A stretch of 64,000 nucleotides of DNA, taken from contig NC_082725.1 in assembly GCF_030144855.1 (NCBI RefSeq), positions 39,494,001-39,558,000 on the forward strand, written 5' to 3'. The notes below the pieces were generated by a model that did no database searches, had not been told where the DNA came from, and saw only the letters and a list, made by a program, of their open reading frames with translations. Position 1 is the first letter of the stretch, and every line of letters begins with the position of its first letter. The position numbers and the translations under genes were made by a program. The DNA is from Hypanus sabinus (Eukaryota). Below, piece by piece: positions 26,728 through 40,534 of this stretch.

Positions 26728-29040
26728 AAGTTGGATCTTGCTTATACAAACATCCCCGATGCTTACCGGACAGATCCCCACCCCCACCTCGGTTACTCAG
26801 ACCACACCTCTGTTATGCTAATCCCAGCATACAGACCGCCCGTCAGGCGCTCCAGACCAGTTCAGAAGCAGGTGAAAACCTGGCCAGCAGGAGCCATCTC
26901 TGCTCTTCAAGACTGCTTTGAGCACACTGACTGGCACACGTTCAGGGAGGCTGCAACCGATGGCGACTCTACCAACTTAGAGGAGTACACAGCATCAGTG
27001 ACCAGCTACATCAGCAAGTGCATTGATGATGTTACTCTGTCCAAGACCATCACTATACGTGCCAACCAGAAGCCATGGATGACCGCAGAGGTGCGTGCGC
27101 TGCTGAGGTCCCGCGACTCCGCCTTCAGAGCAGGCGACAAGGCAGCTCTAACAACAGCAAGGGCCAAACTGTCCCGAGCCATCAGAGGGGCAAAGCGTGC
27201 ACATGCCCAGCTAATCCACAGCCACTTCCAGGACAGTGGCGACACGCGGCGCATGTGGAAGGGCATCCAGGGCAACATCACCTGACTGTGCGGGTGATGC
27301 CTCCCTCCCAGATGTGCTGAATAACTTCTACACCTGGTTTAAGGTGAAAATGACATGGCGGTGAGGAAGTCCACCCCTGCTACAAATGACCATGTGCTGT
27401 GTCTCACCGTGACTGACATGAGAAGAACCCTGTGCAGGGTCAACCCACGGAAGGCTGCTGGACCAGACAACATCCTTGGTAAAGTGCTCAGAGGATGTGC
27501 AGACCAGCTAGCAGATGTTCTCACTGACGTCTTCAACATCTCCCTGAGCAACGCCACCGTTCCAACAAGATTCAAGGCCACCACCATCGTCCCCGTGCCA
27601 AAAAAGTCTTCAGTGTCCCACCTCAATGACAACCATCCCATTGCACTCACATCCATCATCATGAAGTGTTTTGAGAGGCTTGTCATGAGGCATATCAAGA
27701 CCCTGCTGCCCCCCCCTCACTGGAACACCTGCAGTTAGTGTAGCGTCCCAACCGTTCAACAGATGACGCCATTGCCACCACCCTCCACCTGGCCCTAACC
27801 CACCTGGACAAAAAGACACATACGTTCGGATGCTGTTCATAGACCTCAGTTCAGCATTCAACACAATCATCACTCAGAAACTGATTGGAAAGCTGAGCCT
27901 ACTGGGCCTGAACACCTCCCCCTGCAACTGGATCCTAGACTTCCTGACTGGGAGACCTCAGTCAGTCCGGATTGGGAGCAGCATCTCCAACACCATCACA
28001 CTGAGCACAGGGGGCCCCCCAGGGTTGAGTGCTCAGTCCAGTGCTGTTCACTCTGCTGACCCACGTCTGTGCTGCAACACACAGCTCGAACCATATCATC
28101 AAGTTCGCCGATGACACGACCGTGGTGGGTCTCATCTGCAAGAACGACGAGTCAGCTTACAGAGAGGAGGTGCAGCGGCTAACGGACTGGTGCAGAGCCA
28201 ACAATCTGTCTCTTAATGTGAACAAAACAAAAGAGATGGTTGTTGACTTCAGGAGGGCATGGAGCGACCACTCCCCGCTGAACATCGACGGCTCCTCGGT
28301 AGAGATCATAGAGAGCTCCAAATTTCTTGGTGTTCACCTGATGGAGAATCTCACCTGGTCCCTCAACACCAGCTCCATAGCAAAGAAAGCCCAATAGCGT
28401 CTACACTTTCTGCGAAGGCTGAGGAAAGTCCATCTCCCACCCACCTCCCCATCCTCATCACATTCTACAGGCATTGTATTGAGAGCATCCTGAGCAGCTG
28501 CATCACTGCCTGGTTCAGAAATTGCACCATCTCGGATTGCAAGACCCTGCAGCGGATAGTGAGGTCAGCTGAGAAGATCATCGGGGTCTCTCTTCTCTCC
28601 ATCACGGACATTTACACTACACACTGCATCCGCAAAGGAAACAGCATTATGAAGGATCCCATGCACCCCTCATACAATCTCTTCTCCCTCCTGCCGCCTG
28701 GAAAAAAGGCTCTGAAACATTCGGGCTCTTACGACCAGACTATGTAACAGTTTCTTCCTCCAAGCTATCAGACTCCTCAATAACCAGAGCCTGGACTGAC
28801 ACCTTGCCCTACTGTCCTGTTTATTATTTATTGTAATGCCCGCACCTTGCGCAGTCCAGTGTAGGTCTGTAGTCTAGTGTAGCTTTCTCTGTGTTGTAGT
28901 TTTTTTTTACGTAGTTCAGTCTAGTTTTTGTACTGCTTTATGTAACACCATGGTCCTGAAAAATGTCTCAATTTTACTATGTACTGTACCAGCAGTAATT
29001 GTCAAAATGACAATAAAAGTGACTTGACTTGACTTGACTT
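26728..29040 (+). mobile_element. Rex1/Babar LINE, 5'-truncated and frameshifted
   Basis: Motifs [40 protein letters not shown] and [20 protein letters not shown] followed by a (GACTT)n tail. Confidence 0.92.
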
Positions 29041-29841
29041 GGAGGTTATTTTGCTTGCACTTTGGTGGGCCCTGATCTTTGAGTGAAGTGCGGCCACCAG
29101 CCTTGCCGGTCAATTTTGGATCTTGTGAGGTAGAACATCTAAGTAAATCTAAACAGCCCAATTAAACTCCCAACATTTTTATGATTGATATTCAGTGTAA
29201 AGCTGGTAAAAAAAATTGACCAGCTACAAACGGAGCCAAAAAAAACCCATTAAGGATGAAAATTATTTCAAGCATTGTCAAAGTATTGAACTTTTAAACC
29301 TAAACTTTAGGTTGTGCATACATCATTTACAATCAATGCCATTACCCTGAAGGCAGAGAGGTTTACTGCCCTTCCAACTGAAGCTCTGATTGACCAATCA
29401 TTTGGAACCTCAATACAGTGATCATTCCCTCAAGTGAATATGTTGTGTCTATTCGTTTGGCTATGACTGCCTGCCTTGCACATATCTCTGGCACTGTATA
29501 GTACTCATCCTGTGTGTATTCAAGGCAGACTTACAAATTTAATCCTCAAGCACTAAAGCAAAACCAATATATAAACACTTCCTTGCAAAGATTCTACCCG
29601 CCAAGTCTTCAGTGCTGACTAATGTACCTATCTGCAGATGTTATTTACTGTTGATTCCATCACGTGATAGAGCAGACCAAGATAGTGACTAATGATTATG
29701 CAGTCAATTAGCACTCACAAACAACACAAGGACACACACAGTGATTCAATAGTGATTCAACAGCATTTTAAATTTGATGGATTAGAGCAAATGCATCTGT
29801 ATTTTTCCTTGAACCCACAAGTTGTTCTGACTGGGAAATTG

Positions 29842-30407
29842 CACACAGTGGCCACCTTATTAGGCACCTCCCGTACCTAATAAAGTGGCCACTGAGGTTA
29901 TGTTTGTGGTCTTCTGCTGCTGTAGCCCATCCACTTCAAGGTTCAACATGTCACACATTCAGAGATGCTCTTCTACATACCACCGTTGTTACGCATCGTT
30001 ATTTGAGTTACAGTCCCCTTCCTGTCAGCTCAGAGCAGTCTTGCCATTCTCCTCTGACCTCTCTCATGAACAAGGCATTTTCACCCACAGAACCACCATT
30101 CAATGAGTGTTCTCTTTTTGTTTTTCCACACCATTCTCTGTGAGCTCTGGAGAACGTTGTGCATGAAACTCCTAGCTCAGCGGTTTCGGAAATATTCAAA
30201 CCATCCTGTCAGACACCAACATTCATTCCATGATCAAAGTCACTCAGCTCACATTTCTTCCAATTCTGTGTGTGCTGAACAGTTGAACCTCTTGACCTCA
30301 CGTCTGCATGCTTTTGTGCACTCAGTTGCTGCCACGTAACTGGCTGATCAGATATTTGCATGAATGCATAAGTGTACAGGTGTACCTAATCAGGTGGCCA
30401 CTGAGAG
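29842..30407 (-). mobile_element. Tc1-like non-autonomous DNA transposon
   Basis: TIRs cacacagtggccaccttattagg / cctaatcaggtggccactgagag+TA. The interior is the reverse complement of the transposase 5' part seen at 47630-47780. Confidence 0.85.
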
Positions 30408-31220
30408 TATTGTCTGGATCCAAACCATGGGATTCCTTCTCTGGCAACACTTTGATAGTATTTATCATCCAAGGATTGCAGCATCCAAGTCAACAGCTCA
30501 ACACCACCTTCCCAAGGCAGTAAGGAAAGAATGAGTAAGACATGTTGCCCTTTCAGGTGAAGGCCACGTCCTGAAAATGAATAAAGTCTTCTTTTGTATA
30601 TTTGTGACCCAACTGGTCTACTCTGAGTCGTACAGCAAGCACAGTCTCTGGTCCTATATATAGTATATTTATTGTCAAGACCATGTTAGTGTCATTCATT
30701 TTCACTGTTTTATGTTTGTTGAGCATTGAACGTCTTTGAGAAAGAATAACTAGGTTTACCAAGGGCTACTATTCAAACACTTACTGGTAACAGAATGGTT
30801 AACTAAACACTGTGACAATGAGTAACATCTTTCAGTGTACATCCCCACTGAAAATCATCACCGTGCAATTTGTTGGAGACCAAAGGACTGGCAAACTCTC
30901 AGGATAAATTCAAGTTCAAGTCTACTGTAATTCAACCATAGACATGTATGTATACCACGAAATGAAACGATATTCCTCCAGACCAGGGTGCACAATGCAG
31001 TATCAATATGACCAAAGATTAACATTTAGGATTTTTGTATTTGGGTTAAGATTTTGAGGCAGCTTATTTCTTGGTATGCAACTTTAAAACATTTTCATGG
31101 CTTTTTGGATGAAACCCAGCAGAAATCTTCTGGGCTGGGCAAGGCTGACCTAATAGTCAGTACTTCTAGGAATCCACAAAGATCGAGTTGCATGGATCCA
31201 AGAGCTCTAGAAAATAGAGT

Positions 31221-33068
31221 ATATAACCATATAACCATCACAGCACGGAAACAGGCCATCTTGGCCCTCCTAGTCCGTGCCGAACCCTTAATCTCACCTA
31301 ATCCCACCTACCCGCACTCAGCCCATAACCCTCCACTCCTTTCCTGTCCATATACCTATCCAATTTTACCTTAAATGACACAACTGAACTGGCCTCTACT
31401 ACTTCTACAGGAAGCTCATTCCACACAGCTATCACTCTTTGAGTAAAGAAATACCCCCTCGTGCTTCCCTTAAACTTCTGCCCCCTAACTCTCAAATCAT
31501 GTCCTCTCATTTGAATCTCCCCTACTCTCAATGGAAACAGCCTTTTCACGTCAACTCTATCTATCCCTCTCAAAATTTTAAATACCTCGATCAAATCCCC
31601 CCTCAACCTTCTACGCTCCAATGAATAGAGACCTAACTTGTTCAACCTTTCTCTGTAACTTAATTGCTGAAACCCAGGTAACATCCTAGTAAATCGTCTC
31701 TGCACTCTCTCTAATTTATTGATATCTTTCCTATAATTCGGTGACCAAAACTGCACACAATATTCCAAATTTGGCCTTACCAATGCCTTGTACAACTTTA
31801 GCATTACATCCCAACTTCTGTACTCAATGCTTCGATTTATAAAGGCCAGCGTTCCAAAAGCCCTCTTCACCACCCTATCTACATGAGACTCCACTTTCAG
31901 GGAACTATGCACAGTTATTCCTAGATCTCTCTGTTCCTCTGCATTCCTCAATGCCCTACCATTTACTCTGTATGTTCTATTCGGATTATTCCTGCCAAAA
32001 TGTAGAACCTCACACTTCTCAGCATTAAACTCCATCTGCCAACGTTCAGCCCATTCTTCTAACCGGCATAAATCTCCCTGCAAGCTTTGAAAATCCACCT
32101 CATTATCCACAACACCTCCTACCTTAGTATCATCGGCATACTTACTAATCCAATTTACCACCCCATCATCCAGATCATTTATGTATATTACAAACAACAT
32201 TGGGCCCAAAACAGATCCCTGAGGCACCCCGCTAGTCACCGGCCTCCATCCCGATAAACAATTATCCACCACTACTCTCTGGCATCTCCCATCTAGCCAC
32301 TGTTGAATCCATTTTATTACTCCAGCATTAATACCTAACGACTGAACCTTCTTAACCAACCTTCCATGTGGAACTTTGTCAAAGGCTTTGCTGAAGTCCA
32401 TATAGACTACATCCACTGCCTTACCCTCGTCAACATTCCTCGTAACTTCTTCAAAAAATTCAATAAGGTTTGTCAAACATGACCTTCCACGCACAAATCC
32501 ATGCTGGCTACTTCTAATCAGATCCCGTCTATCCAGATAATTATAAATACTATCTCTAAGAATACTTTCCATTAATTTACCCACCACTGATGTCAAACTG
32601 ACAGCTCTATAATTGCTAGGCTTCCTTCTAGAACCCTTTTTAAACAATGGAACCACATGAGCAATACGCCAATCCTCCGGCACAATCCCCGTTTCTAATG
32701 ACATATTAAAGATCTCCGTCAGAGCTCCTGCTATTTCTACACAAACTTCCCTCAAGGTCCTGGGGAATATCCTGTCAGGACCCGGAGATTTATCCACTTT
32801 TAAATTTCTTAAAAGCGCCAGTACCTCCACCTCTTTAATTGTCATAGGTTCCATAACTTCCTTACTTGTTTCCCACACCTTAGACAATTCAATATCCTTC
32901 TCCTTAGTGAATACCGAAGAGAAGAAATCATTCAAAATCTCTCCCATCTCCTTCGGTTCCACACATAGCTGACCACTCTGATTCTCTAAGGGGCCAATTT
33001 TATCCCTCACTATCCTCTTGCTTTTAATATAACTGTAGAAACCTTTCAGATTTACTTTCACCTTATTT
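31221..33068 (-). mobile_element. 5'-truncated CR1 LINE, same young subfamily as 3043-6926, open RT frame
   Basis: The 597-aa ORF 31298..33091 is almost identical to the C-terminal part of ORF 4262..6847. The 3' UTR and tail are also the same. Confidence 0.95.
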
Positions 33069-33609
33069 ATGAAAAAAATCAAATCAAGCACAAGATTGCT
33101 TGAGCCATCATCAATTGCTTACATAATAATGAGGAGGAGATATCTGTGGTATGAAATGTCTCAGCATCTTCTAATCTGGGAAAAAAACATACTGTGACCA
33201 TTGTTGTTCTGCCTCTAAAGGTGCTGTTTGCTTGACATGCAGTTTGTTTTGTATAAACATCACTTCTTGCTCATTAGCTCTTTTTATTTCCCGCGCAGGT
33301 TAGTCTTTCATTGAGGTGCGTTCAAAGTAATCTATAGTGTGAGGCTGGAGGACATTTAGACCCAGAGTAGTTAAGAGAGGCAAACTCTTGGCCTGAAGAA
33401 AGCCAACAAGTTTAACTTTAATGCAGCCTCAAACACTGGGCTCATTGGTTTTCCAGCCAAACTTGTAAATTATCTCTGATCTCTACTACATAAAAACTGA
33501 CAAGCTGCATCTGGTGTGGGAGCAGCTGAGCATCAACCAGCTAAGATTAAAAAAGCTAAGGTCATAAGGGTCTCCCTACCATCTATTGGGGATATTAATA
33601 GGAATCTAT

Positions 33610-34885
33610 GAACCTCAGCCTTAAGCACACCCAATGACTAGGCCTCCACAGCCAACTATGGCAATGAATTCCACAGATTCAGCAGCCCCTGGCTAAAGAA
33701 ATTCCTCCTCATCTCTGTTCTAAATGGTTGCCCCTCTATTCTGTGCCCTCTGATCCTGGACTCTCCCACTACAGGAAACATCCTTTCCTCATCCTCTCCA
33801 TCTAGGCCTTTGATAGGTTTCAATTAGATTTCCCCCTCATTCTTCTAAATTCCAGCCAATAGAGGCCCAGAGCCTTCAATCACTTCTCATACGATAAGCT
33901 TTTCATCCCCGGAATCATTTTTATGATTTCCTCTGAGCACAAGGGGCCCAGAACTGCTCACAATACTCAAGTGAGGCCTCACTATTGCTGTATGAAACCT
34001 CGGCATTACATCTTTGCCTTTATATTCTAGTCCTCTCGAAATGAATGCTAACATTGCAGTTCCCTTCCCCAACCCTGACTTAACCTGCAAGTTAACCTTT
34101 AGGGAATCCTGCACAAAGTCTCTCAAGTCCCTTTGCACCCTAGATTTTTGAATTTTCTCCTTGTTTAGAAAATAGTCTAAGCTTTTATTTCCTCTACCAA
34201 AATGCATGACTTGGATTGTATTCCATCTGCCACTTCTTTCCCCATTCTCCCAATCTGTCTTAGTCCCTCTACAACCTCACTGCTTCCTCGACACTACCTG
34301 TCCCACCACCTATCTTTGTATCATCTACAAACTTGGCCACAAAGCCATCAATTCCTTCATCCAAATCACTGACATACAGTGTAAAAAGAAATGGTTCAAA
34401 CACCAATCCCTGTGGAACACCACGAGTCATTGGCAGCCAATCAGAAAAGGCTGCCTTATTCAAACTCTTTGCCTGCTGCCAGCCAGACAATGCTCTATTC
34501 ATGCTAGTATATTTTCTGTAATAACATAGGCTCTTATCTTGCTAAGTAATCTCATCTGCAGCATCTTGTCAAAGGTCCCCAGCCAAACCAAGTGAACAAC
34601 ATTCAATTCTCCTTTGTCTATCCTGCTTGTTGTTCCCTTAAAGAATTCCAACAGATCTGTCAGGCAAGATTTTCCCTTAAGGAAACCATGCTGACTTTGG
34701 CTTATCTTGTCACACGCCTCCAAGTACACTGAAACCAAATCCTCAAGAATCAACTCTACATTCTTCACAACCATCGTGGTAAGGCTAACAGGCTTATAAT
34801 TTCTGCACTGCCTCCCTCACTTCTTAAAGAGTGGAGTGACATTTACAATTTTCCAGCCCTCTGAAACAATGCCTGGAACTATCGA
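33610..34885 (-). mobile_element. Decayed CR1 RT region and 3' end
   Basis: Motifs QHGFLKGKSCLTDLLEFF, GVPQG, AKFVDDTKIGG and MHFGRGNK. Confidence 0.88.
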
Positions 34886-36929
34886 ATTTTGAAAGACCAT
34901 TACTTGATGATCAAAAGAGAAACCAGAAAAGATCTCAGGCTGTCTTAGGCCTACAGGGCCACCCAAAATGGCTGCGAATGTGCAGCAGAAATTCCAGTTC
35001 CCACACTTTTAACAGTGCTGGAATCAACTTATCCTTGATGGGGGTTGATGTATGTGGGAATTGAGAGTTGTTGTACCATCCAGGCTGAGAGCTAAAGTGT
35101 TGGAGGAGCTACAGTACATGTCAGTTATCTAGGCATGGTCAAAATGAAAGGGTTGGGTCATAGCTTTCACTGGTGGCCTGGAATAGATTAGCAGATAGAG
35201 CACCTTATATTAATAGATGACCCCTTCACTCACCGACTGATGCTAGCAGCTCCTGTTCACAAATCCAAACCCTCTGCCACAACCACAAAGCCACCTAGAT
35301 CTCACTCTTCCTGTTACCTACTCTTTTATCTCATCCACAACCTCTGGTTTTATTCTTCCCAACCCTACCCAAGACTTTATCGGTACAGACCAGGTCCTAT
35401 TCAAAAGGTCAGGCTACATCTGTGAGAAGAGAAACAGAGTTGGCATTTCAGGTCAGCGAACATTTGGTCATGAGATCTTTTTGGCCTTTCTGGGAAAGTA
35501 GGTTTCATTCACAAGACAAAGATCACTTTATTAATCTTTCTGTAGTACAAAATCTTCACTATTGCCCTGCTGTTATCTCATAATGTTTGAGATAATTGAG
35601 TGCACCTCTTGTACAATACGATAAGACTCTTAACCTCAGAATCTACCTTGTCATGGTCTTGCATTTTATTGTCTTACCTGCACTGCACTTTCCGTGTAGC
35701 TGGAGCACAATACTCTGCATTGATATTGCTTTTCCCTTGTACTACATAAATTTTTCACAGTATCTTGGTACATATGACAATAAAAAACAATTTGGGAAAA
35801 AATGACATAAATAGTAACATAGTGACACATAAGGCATGCTCCATAAGGAGGCCTCTGACAAACTGCATGAAGCTGACCATCTTCATGCAAGGAGAAAAGT
35901 AGGCAAATTGTATAATAATTTAGTTTCAAACAAATACACAGTCCAGCATTGTCATTTTTATTTAAAGATGTTACCCACAGGGACTTCCTAAGCAAGTTCA
36001 TACACGGCAATGCTACTGCTAAAGAGAATAACAAAAAAACATAAGGGATTTAAATCTGAATGAACTGTGTTGCTCTGTTCTCCTCAGGACACAGCAACAT
36101 TCCGTCTGTTCCTGTTTCTACCCTCCTTTCACTAGTCATGAAAATACAAAAAATATTGACCTTTAACTTTGTTTCAAAAAGAAAGTGCAAGCACTGAGCT
36201 CAAGTGGATATTAATAACTGAGAAAATCCCTAACCCAAACTACAATGCTCTTCTGTCACCACTTCCCCAAAGTACTTTACATGCAAGTAAATGGTACATA
36301 AGTGCAGTCATTTAGATAGTTCATCCAAGACTGTCAAAAAGTATACTTATTCCATAATCCGCTGCATTTTTGCCCAACTAGTTTATCTGTCCTTTCTTCA
36401 AGGTACTCAAGCACGTACTGTCAAATACAATTCAGCTCTTTCTAATTATTTTATCCTTATCCAAACATTTAGTACTAACAATGCAAAAATGTCCTAAACA
36501 ATCTGTAAGCCTAATTAACACAGTCTCGCATTCTTAATACCAACACCACCTTGCCCAATAGTGCACGGCAACTCTCAAAAAGAAACTGATATTAGGAGTT
36601 TAAAATGAAATGTAGAAATGTTAAAGAGCTGTATGATCTTGTTATCAGATCATCGGGTTCTGAGGCTGCATTAGTTTTGTTCCCATGCTCTAAAAAAAAT
36701 AGAAATCATTACAGAGTAAAGATCATTTCACAAATGATCAAATAGGCAAAATGGAAAATCACAAAGAGCAGAGAAAAATAGAGAACTTCCCAAAGGATGG
36801 TGTAATCATGAACAAAATAGCATGCAACCTGACATCACAACCTAGGTGTGATGAGGCTGTAATTTTATTTGTCCTCACCAAACCTGAAGGAAATTGAATT
36901 CAGCTAAGGACTTCTTTCAATTTCTAATA

Positions 36930-37988
36930 CAATGGATTCCATTAATTGGGACCCTTTGGGACCATTACATTTTGGCCCAATTAAGTGACTGACTTAATTA
37001 GCCGAAGGTTCACGAAAATAGTTAAAAATGTATGGAAAAGCCAAAATGCCAATATGTTTTTAGATTAAATGCAGAACAAATTAGAACACTAGTGATACTA
37101 CAAGTCATTTTCTGTCATATCCAATGATGACAGGAAACCTGTGTGGAAGAGCTGTTAAAAGTTGAAAAGCTGAAGCACAGGGGTAGCTCCACTCTCCCGG
37201 CCTCGGAAGTCCGGGTCCAGTGCTACAACTGGGGTCTTCCTGGTGACGATGTCTTCTTCTGTGCCTCATCATGCTCTTCGATCTTCGATGTAGAACTGCC
37301 TTCCTGGCTGTTGAAACACTCTGTAGATTGTCAGTTGCTCAGTCCATCAGAGATTACTTTGCATGCTGGGATATGCATGCCCCTATCTCACTGGGGTACG
37401 AGACCCACCAGCTACCCCCCACCTGGTTTAGCCTGCCTGTCAAAGTGGAGTACCAGGATGTGGCCGCTGTCTCGTGCAAACAAATTACTTGGACTCACAG
37501 GTGACAGCAGAGGGCCGATGGGGACCAAAGGTAACATTCAAGATGACTGTTAATATCTTCAAATTCTTTGTAGTTCCTAATTTGTTGAAGTAGTGAATTC
37601 ATTTTGTTTTCATTCCCAGCTGTTTCTGGCATCTCCAAGTCTGACTGCCTGAAAACAAAGTGAGCAAAACTGCTCAGAATTGTCTTACTGCTCATTTCTC
37701 GCTGACTATCAGTGAGAAAGATCACGGTTTTTTGAACCCAAACATGTGCAGCTGGCGCTATTTACAAACTGTTTGCTCTAAGCATGATGTAGTGTCTAAT
37801 GGCCTCACAAGTGCACGCGACTGGCACTAGTTGGAAAATGTTCAGCACAGTCTCCTACCCTAATTAACTGTTCCTAATAAACGAAGGGAATCCTGGCTAT
37901 TTTCTCAATTTGTTTTTGTTCTTTCAGAGTTGGCCCTAATAAATAGCTGCGCTGATTAACCGATGGCCCAATTAACCAGAATCTACTG
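36930..37988 (-). mobile_element. pogo/Tigger-like non-autonomous element, copy 1
   Basis: TA-caatggattccattaattggg ... cccaattaaccagaatctactg-TA. Transposase C-terminal remnant IFLTDSQREMSSKTILSSFAHFVF in ORF 37495..37725. Confidence 0.82.
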
Positions 37989-38546
37989 TATTTCTTGTGA
38001 AACATAAAGGGATGAAAGCAAGCAAGCTGAGCAAAGGACTGTGACTATACGAATAATAGAAGGAAAATAAATATGAATGGACAAGAGAACTATTAAAAAA
38101 AAGTAAAAGACAGGAACTGGACAAGGCACCTCACAAATATAATGTGAGCCCAGCATTTTACTGAGCCTCAGGCCAAATAGGAATTTGGTAAACTCAACCT
38201 CACTGAGGAGGGCATTTGTATGATAGGAGACCACAGGAGAAGCACAGGGTCATTCGGACAAGCTCGTCTGAATCTGTGCATGTTGAACCAAATTATATGA
38301 AATAAGTGAAAAAGAAGAAAAAATAAAATGAATGATCTTCCAGTTTCTACCTTCTGAATTCTGACCAGTTTTTTTTTGAAAGCATGCAGTTCTCGCTGTG
38401 CACTATCACAAGCATAAGTTTAAAGGCACTAATCCAGACATTTCAGAAAAAAATAAAGGCTGATTTTTAATTCTAGCTCTTTGCACTTACTCCCTTCTTT
38501 TCAAAGGGCAAATATTTCTCACTTCCCAAAGTCAATCAGCTAAATG

Positions 38547-39385
38547 CAACAAAAATTCTGTAGATGCTGGAAATCCGAGCAACACACACAAAATGCTGGA
38601 GGAACTGAGCAGGCCAGGCAGCATCTATGGAAAAGAGTACAGTCGACAGTTCGGGAGGAGACCCGATGGCAGGACTGAAGAAAAAAAGCTGAGGGGTCGA
38701 TTTAAAAGGTGGGGGAGGGGAGAGAGAAAACACTGGTGACAGGTGAAACCTGGAGGGGGAGGAGGGATGAAGTAAAGAGCTGGGAAGTTGATTGATGAAA
38801 GAGACAGAAGGCCATGGAAGAAAGAAAAAGGGGAAAAGTGATGGATGGGGAAGGAGACAAGGTGAGGGAGGGAAAATGAAATGGGAAATGGTGAAGGGAG
38901 GGGGTGCTTGCATTACTGGAAATTTGAGAAATCGATGTTCATGCTGTCAGGTTGGAGGTTACCCAAACGGAATATAAGGTGTTGTTCCTCCAACCTGTGT
39001 GTGGCCTCATCATGACAGTGGAGGAGACCATGGACAGACACATTGGAATGGGGATGGGAAATGGAATTAGAATGGATGGCCACTGAGAGATCCCGCTTGT
39101 TCTGGCGGACGGAGCATAGCAGCTTAGTGAAGTGGTCTCCTAATCTACGATGGGTCTCACCGATATACAGGAGGTCACACCGGGAGCACCGAACACAGTA
39201 AATGACCCCGACAGACTCACAAGTGATGTGTCACCTCACCTGGAAGGACTGTTTGGAGCCCTGAATGATAGTGAGGGAGGAGGTGCAGGGGCAGGTGTAG
39301 CACTTGTTCCACTTGCAAGGGTAAGTGCCAGGAGGGAGATCAGTGGGGAGTCATATGGGGAGCAATCCCTGTGGAAAGCAGAACA
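38547..39385 (-). mobile_element. Penelope-like element with recognisable GIY-YIG endonuclease and Cys-rich linker (Neptune-type)
   Basis: The minus strand translates to PCKWNKCYTCP...TCESVGVIYCVRCSRCDLLYIGETHRRLGDHF...RLEEQHLIFRLGNLQPDSMNIDF, followed by the UTR and a decayed hammerhead. Confidence 0.9.
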
Positions 39386-39599
39386 TGGGGAGAGAATACA
39401 TTCCCTCCCATCCCAGCCACCTCAATAACCACGGCACTCTGTGCCATCTGCTTTATAAATAGGAATCTGCTCCAGTACTCCCAGTGAGAGTAAAACTGGG
39501 ACACAGCAGGGGTGCCAATTCATAAAATTTTACTGCCAGAACCAATTCATCATAGGAGCACTTTTAATTTGTACTTAACGCCAGGATGGATTTTTTCCT

Positions 39600-39980
39600 T
39601 GACCAGTACTGTACCCCAGCATCTTACAGTCACAGATCTGCTCCCACCATTTCTATATCACAGCATCTCACCATGACAGACCAGTTCTGTAGGCGCCACC
39701 TTACAGTTACAGACCATTTCTAACCAGTTCTGTATCCCAGCACCTTACAGTGATGGACCTGTGCCAACGAGTTCTGTACCCCATCATCTTGCAGTTACAA
39801 CCTTGTGCTCCTGGTTCTGTATCCACATTGCAGTCACAGAGCAGTGCCTACTAATTTTGTACACCAGTGCTGTACTGTGATAGACCTATACCCAGCTCTT
39901 TCATTGCACTGTGTTATAACAGTATTATACACAGTTTGTACAGTGACAGACCGATGCTCATAGTTCTGTACCATCAGTGG
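39600..39980. repeat. Degenerate ~44-bp minisatellite, about 8-9 units
   Basis: Recurring unit approximating accagttctgtaccccagcatcttacagtgacagacctgtgccc. Confidence 0.8.
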
Positions 39981-40534
39981 CTGAAAATATCTGTGTGCAC
40001 AAATGGCTGAGTTTCCTACAATACAACAGTAACCACACTTAAACAAAAGCTCTACTGACCATCAATCTTGCAGAAGCTCTGAAATCAGGGAAGATGTTAT
40101 CAATTTGTAAGTTTTCTACTTCTTTCATTGGCCGTTATCCAAGGATACTCAGACATCGCCTGAGATCCTCTCTGCGCCTCATGGATCTGTTGCGTTTAGT
40201 CCATTGAAAGTGAATGAGTTTCAACCTCTGTCACCAAGGAGATTTCATTCCATCTAACGTCTAATACTCCTAAAAATAACCCCAATTTGGAAGCCTAGTG
40301 AGGATGATTGACAGATGGCGATGCAGTTTACACAGTCCGTCAGCTGCTCTTGTTTTCAATACATCGTGCAACGGCATTGTTTGCAGTCAATTAGAACCGC
40401 GAGAATGCTGCGCAATGTACAAATTATAAAAGGCAGCACTGCTTTCTACTCGTGCAACATGTGTCTTTGCAGTCAGATGGTTATTAACTACAGCACAAAA
40501 AAAACTTGAAATTGTATTATATTGTTCACCCTAT

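Noticed and set aside
39600-39980. Periodic repeat considered as a CRISPR-like array
   Set aside because: The units are contiguous and degenerate with no unique spacers, the DNA is vertebrate, and there are no cas genes.
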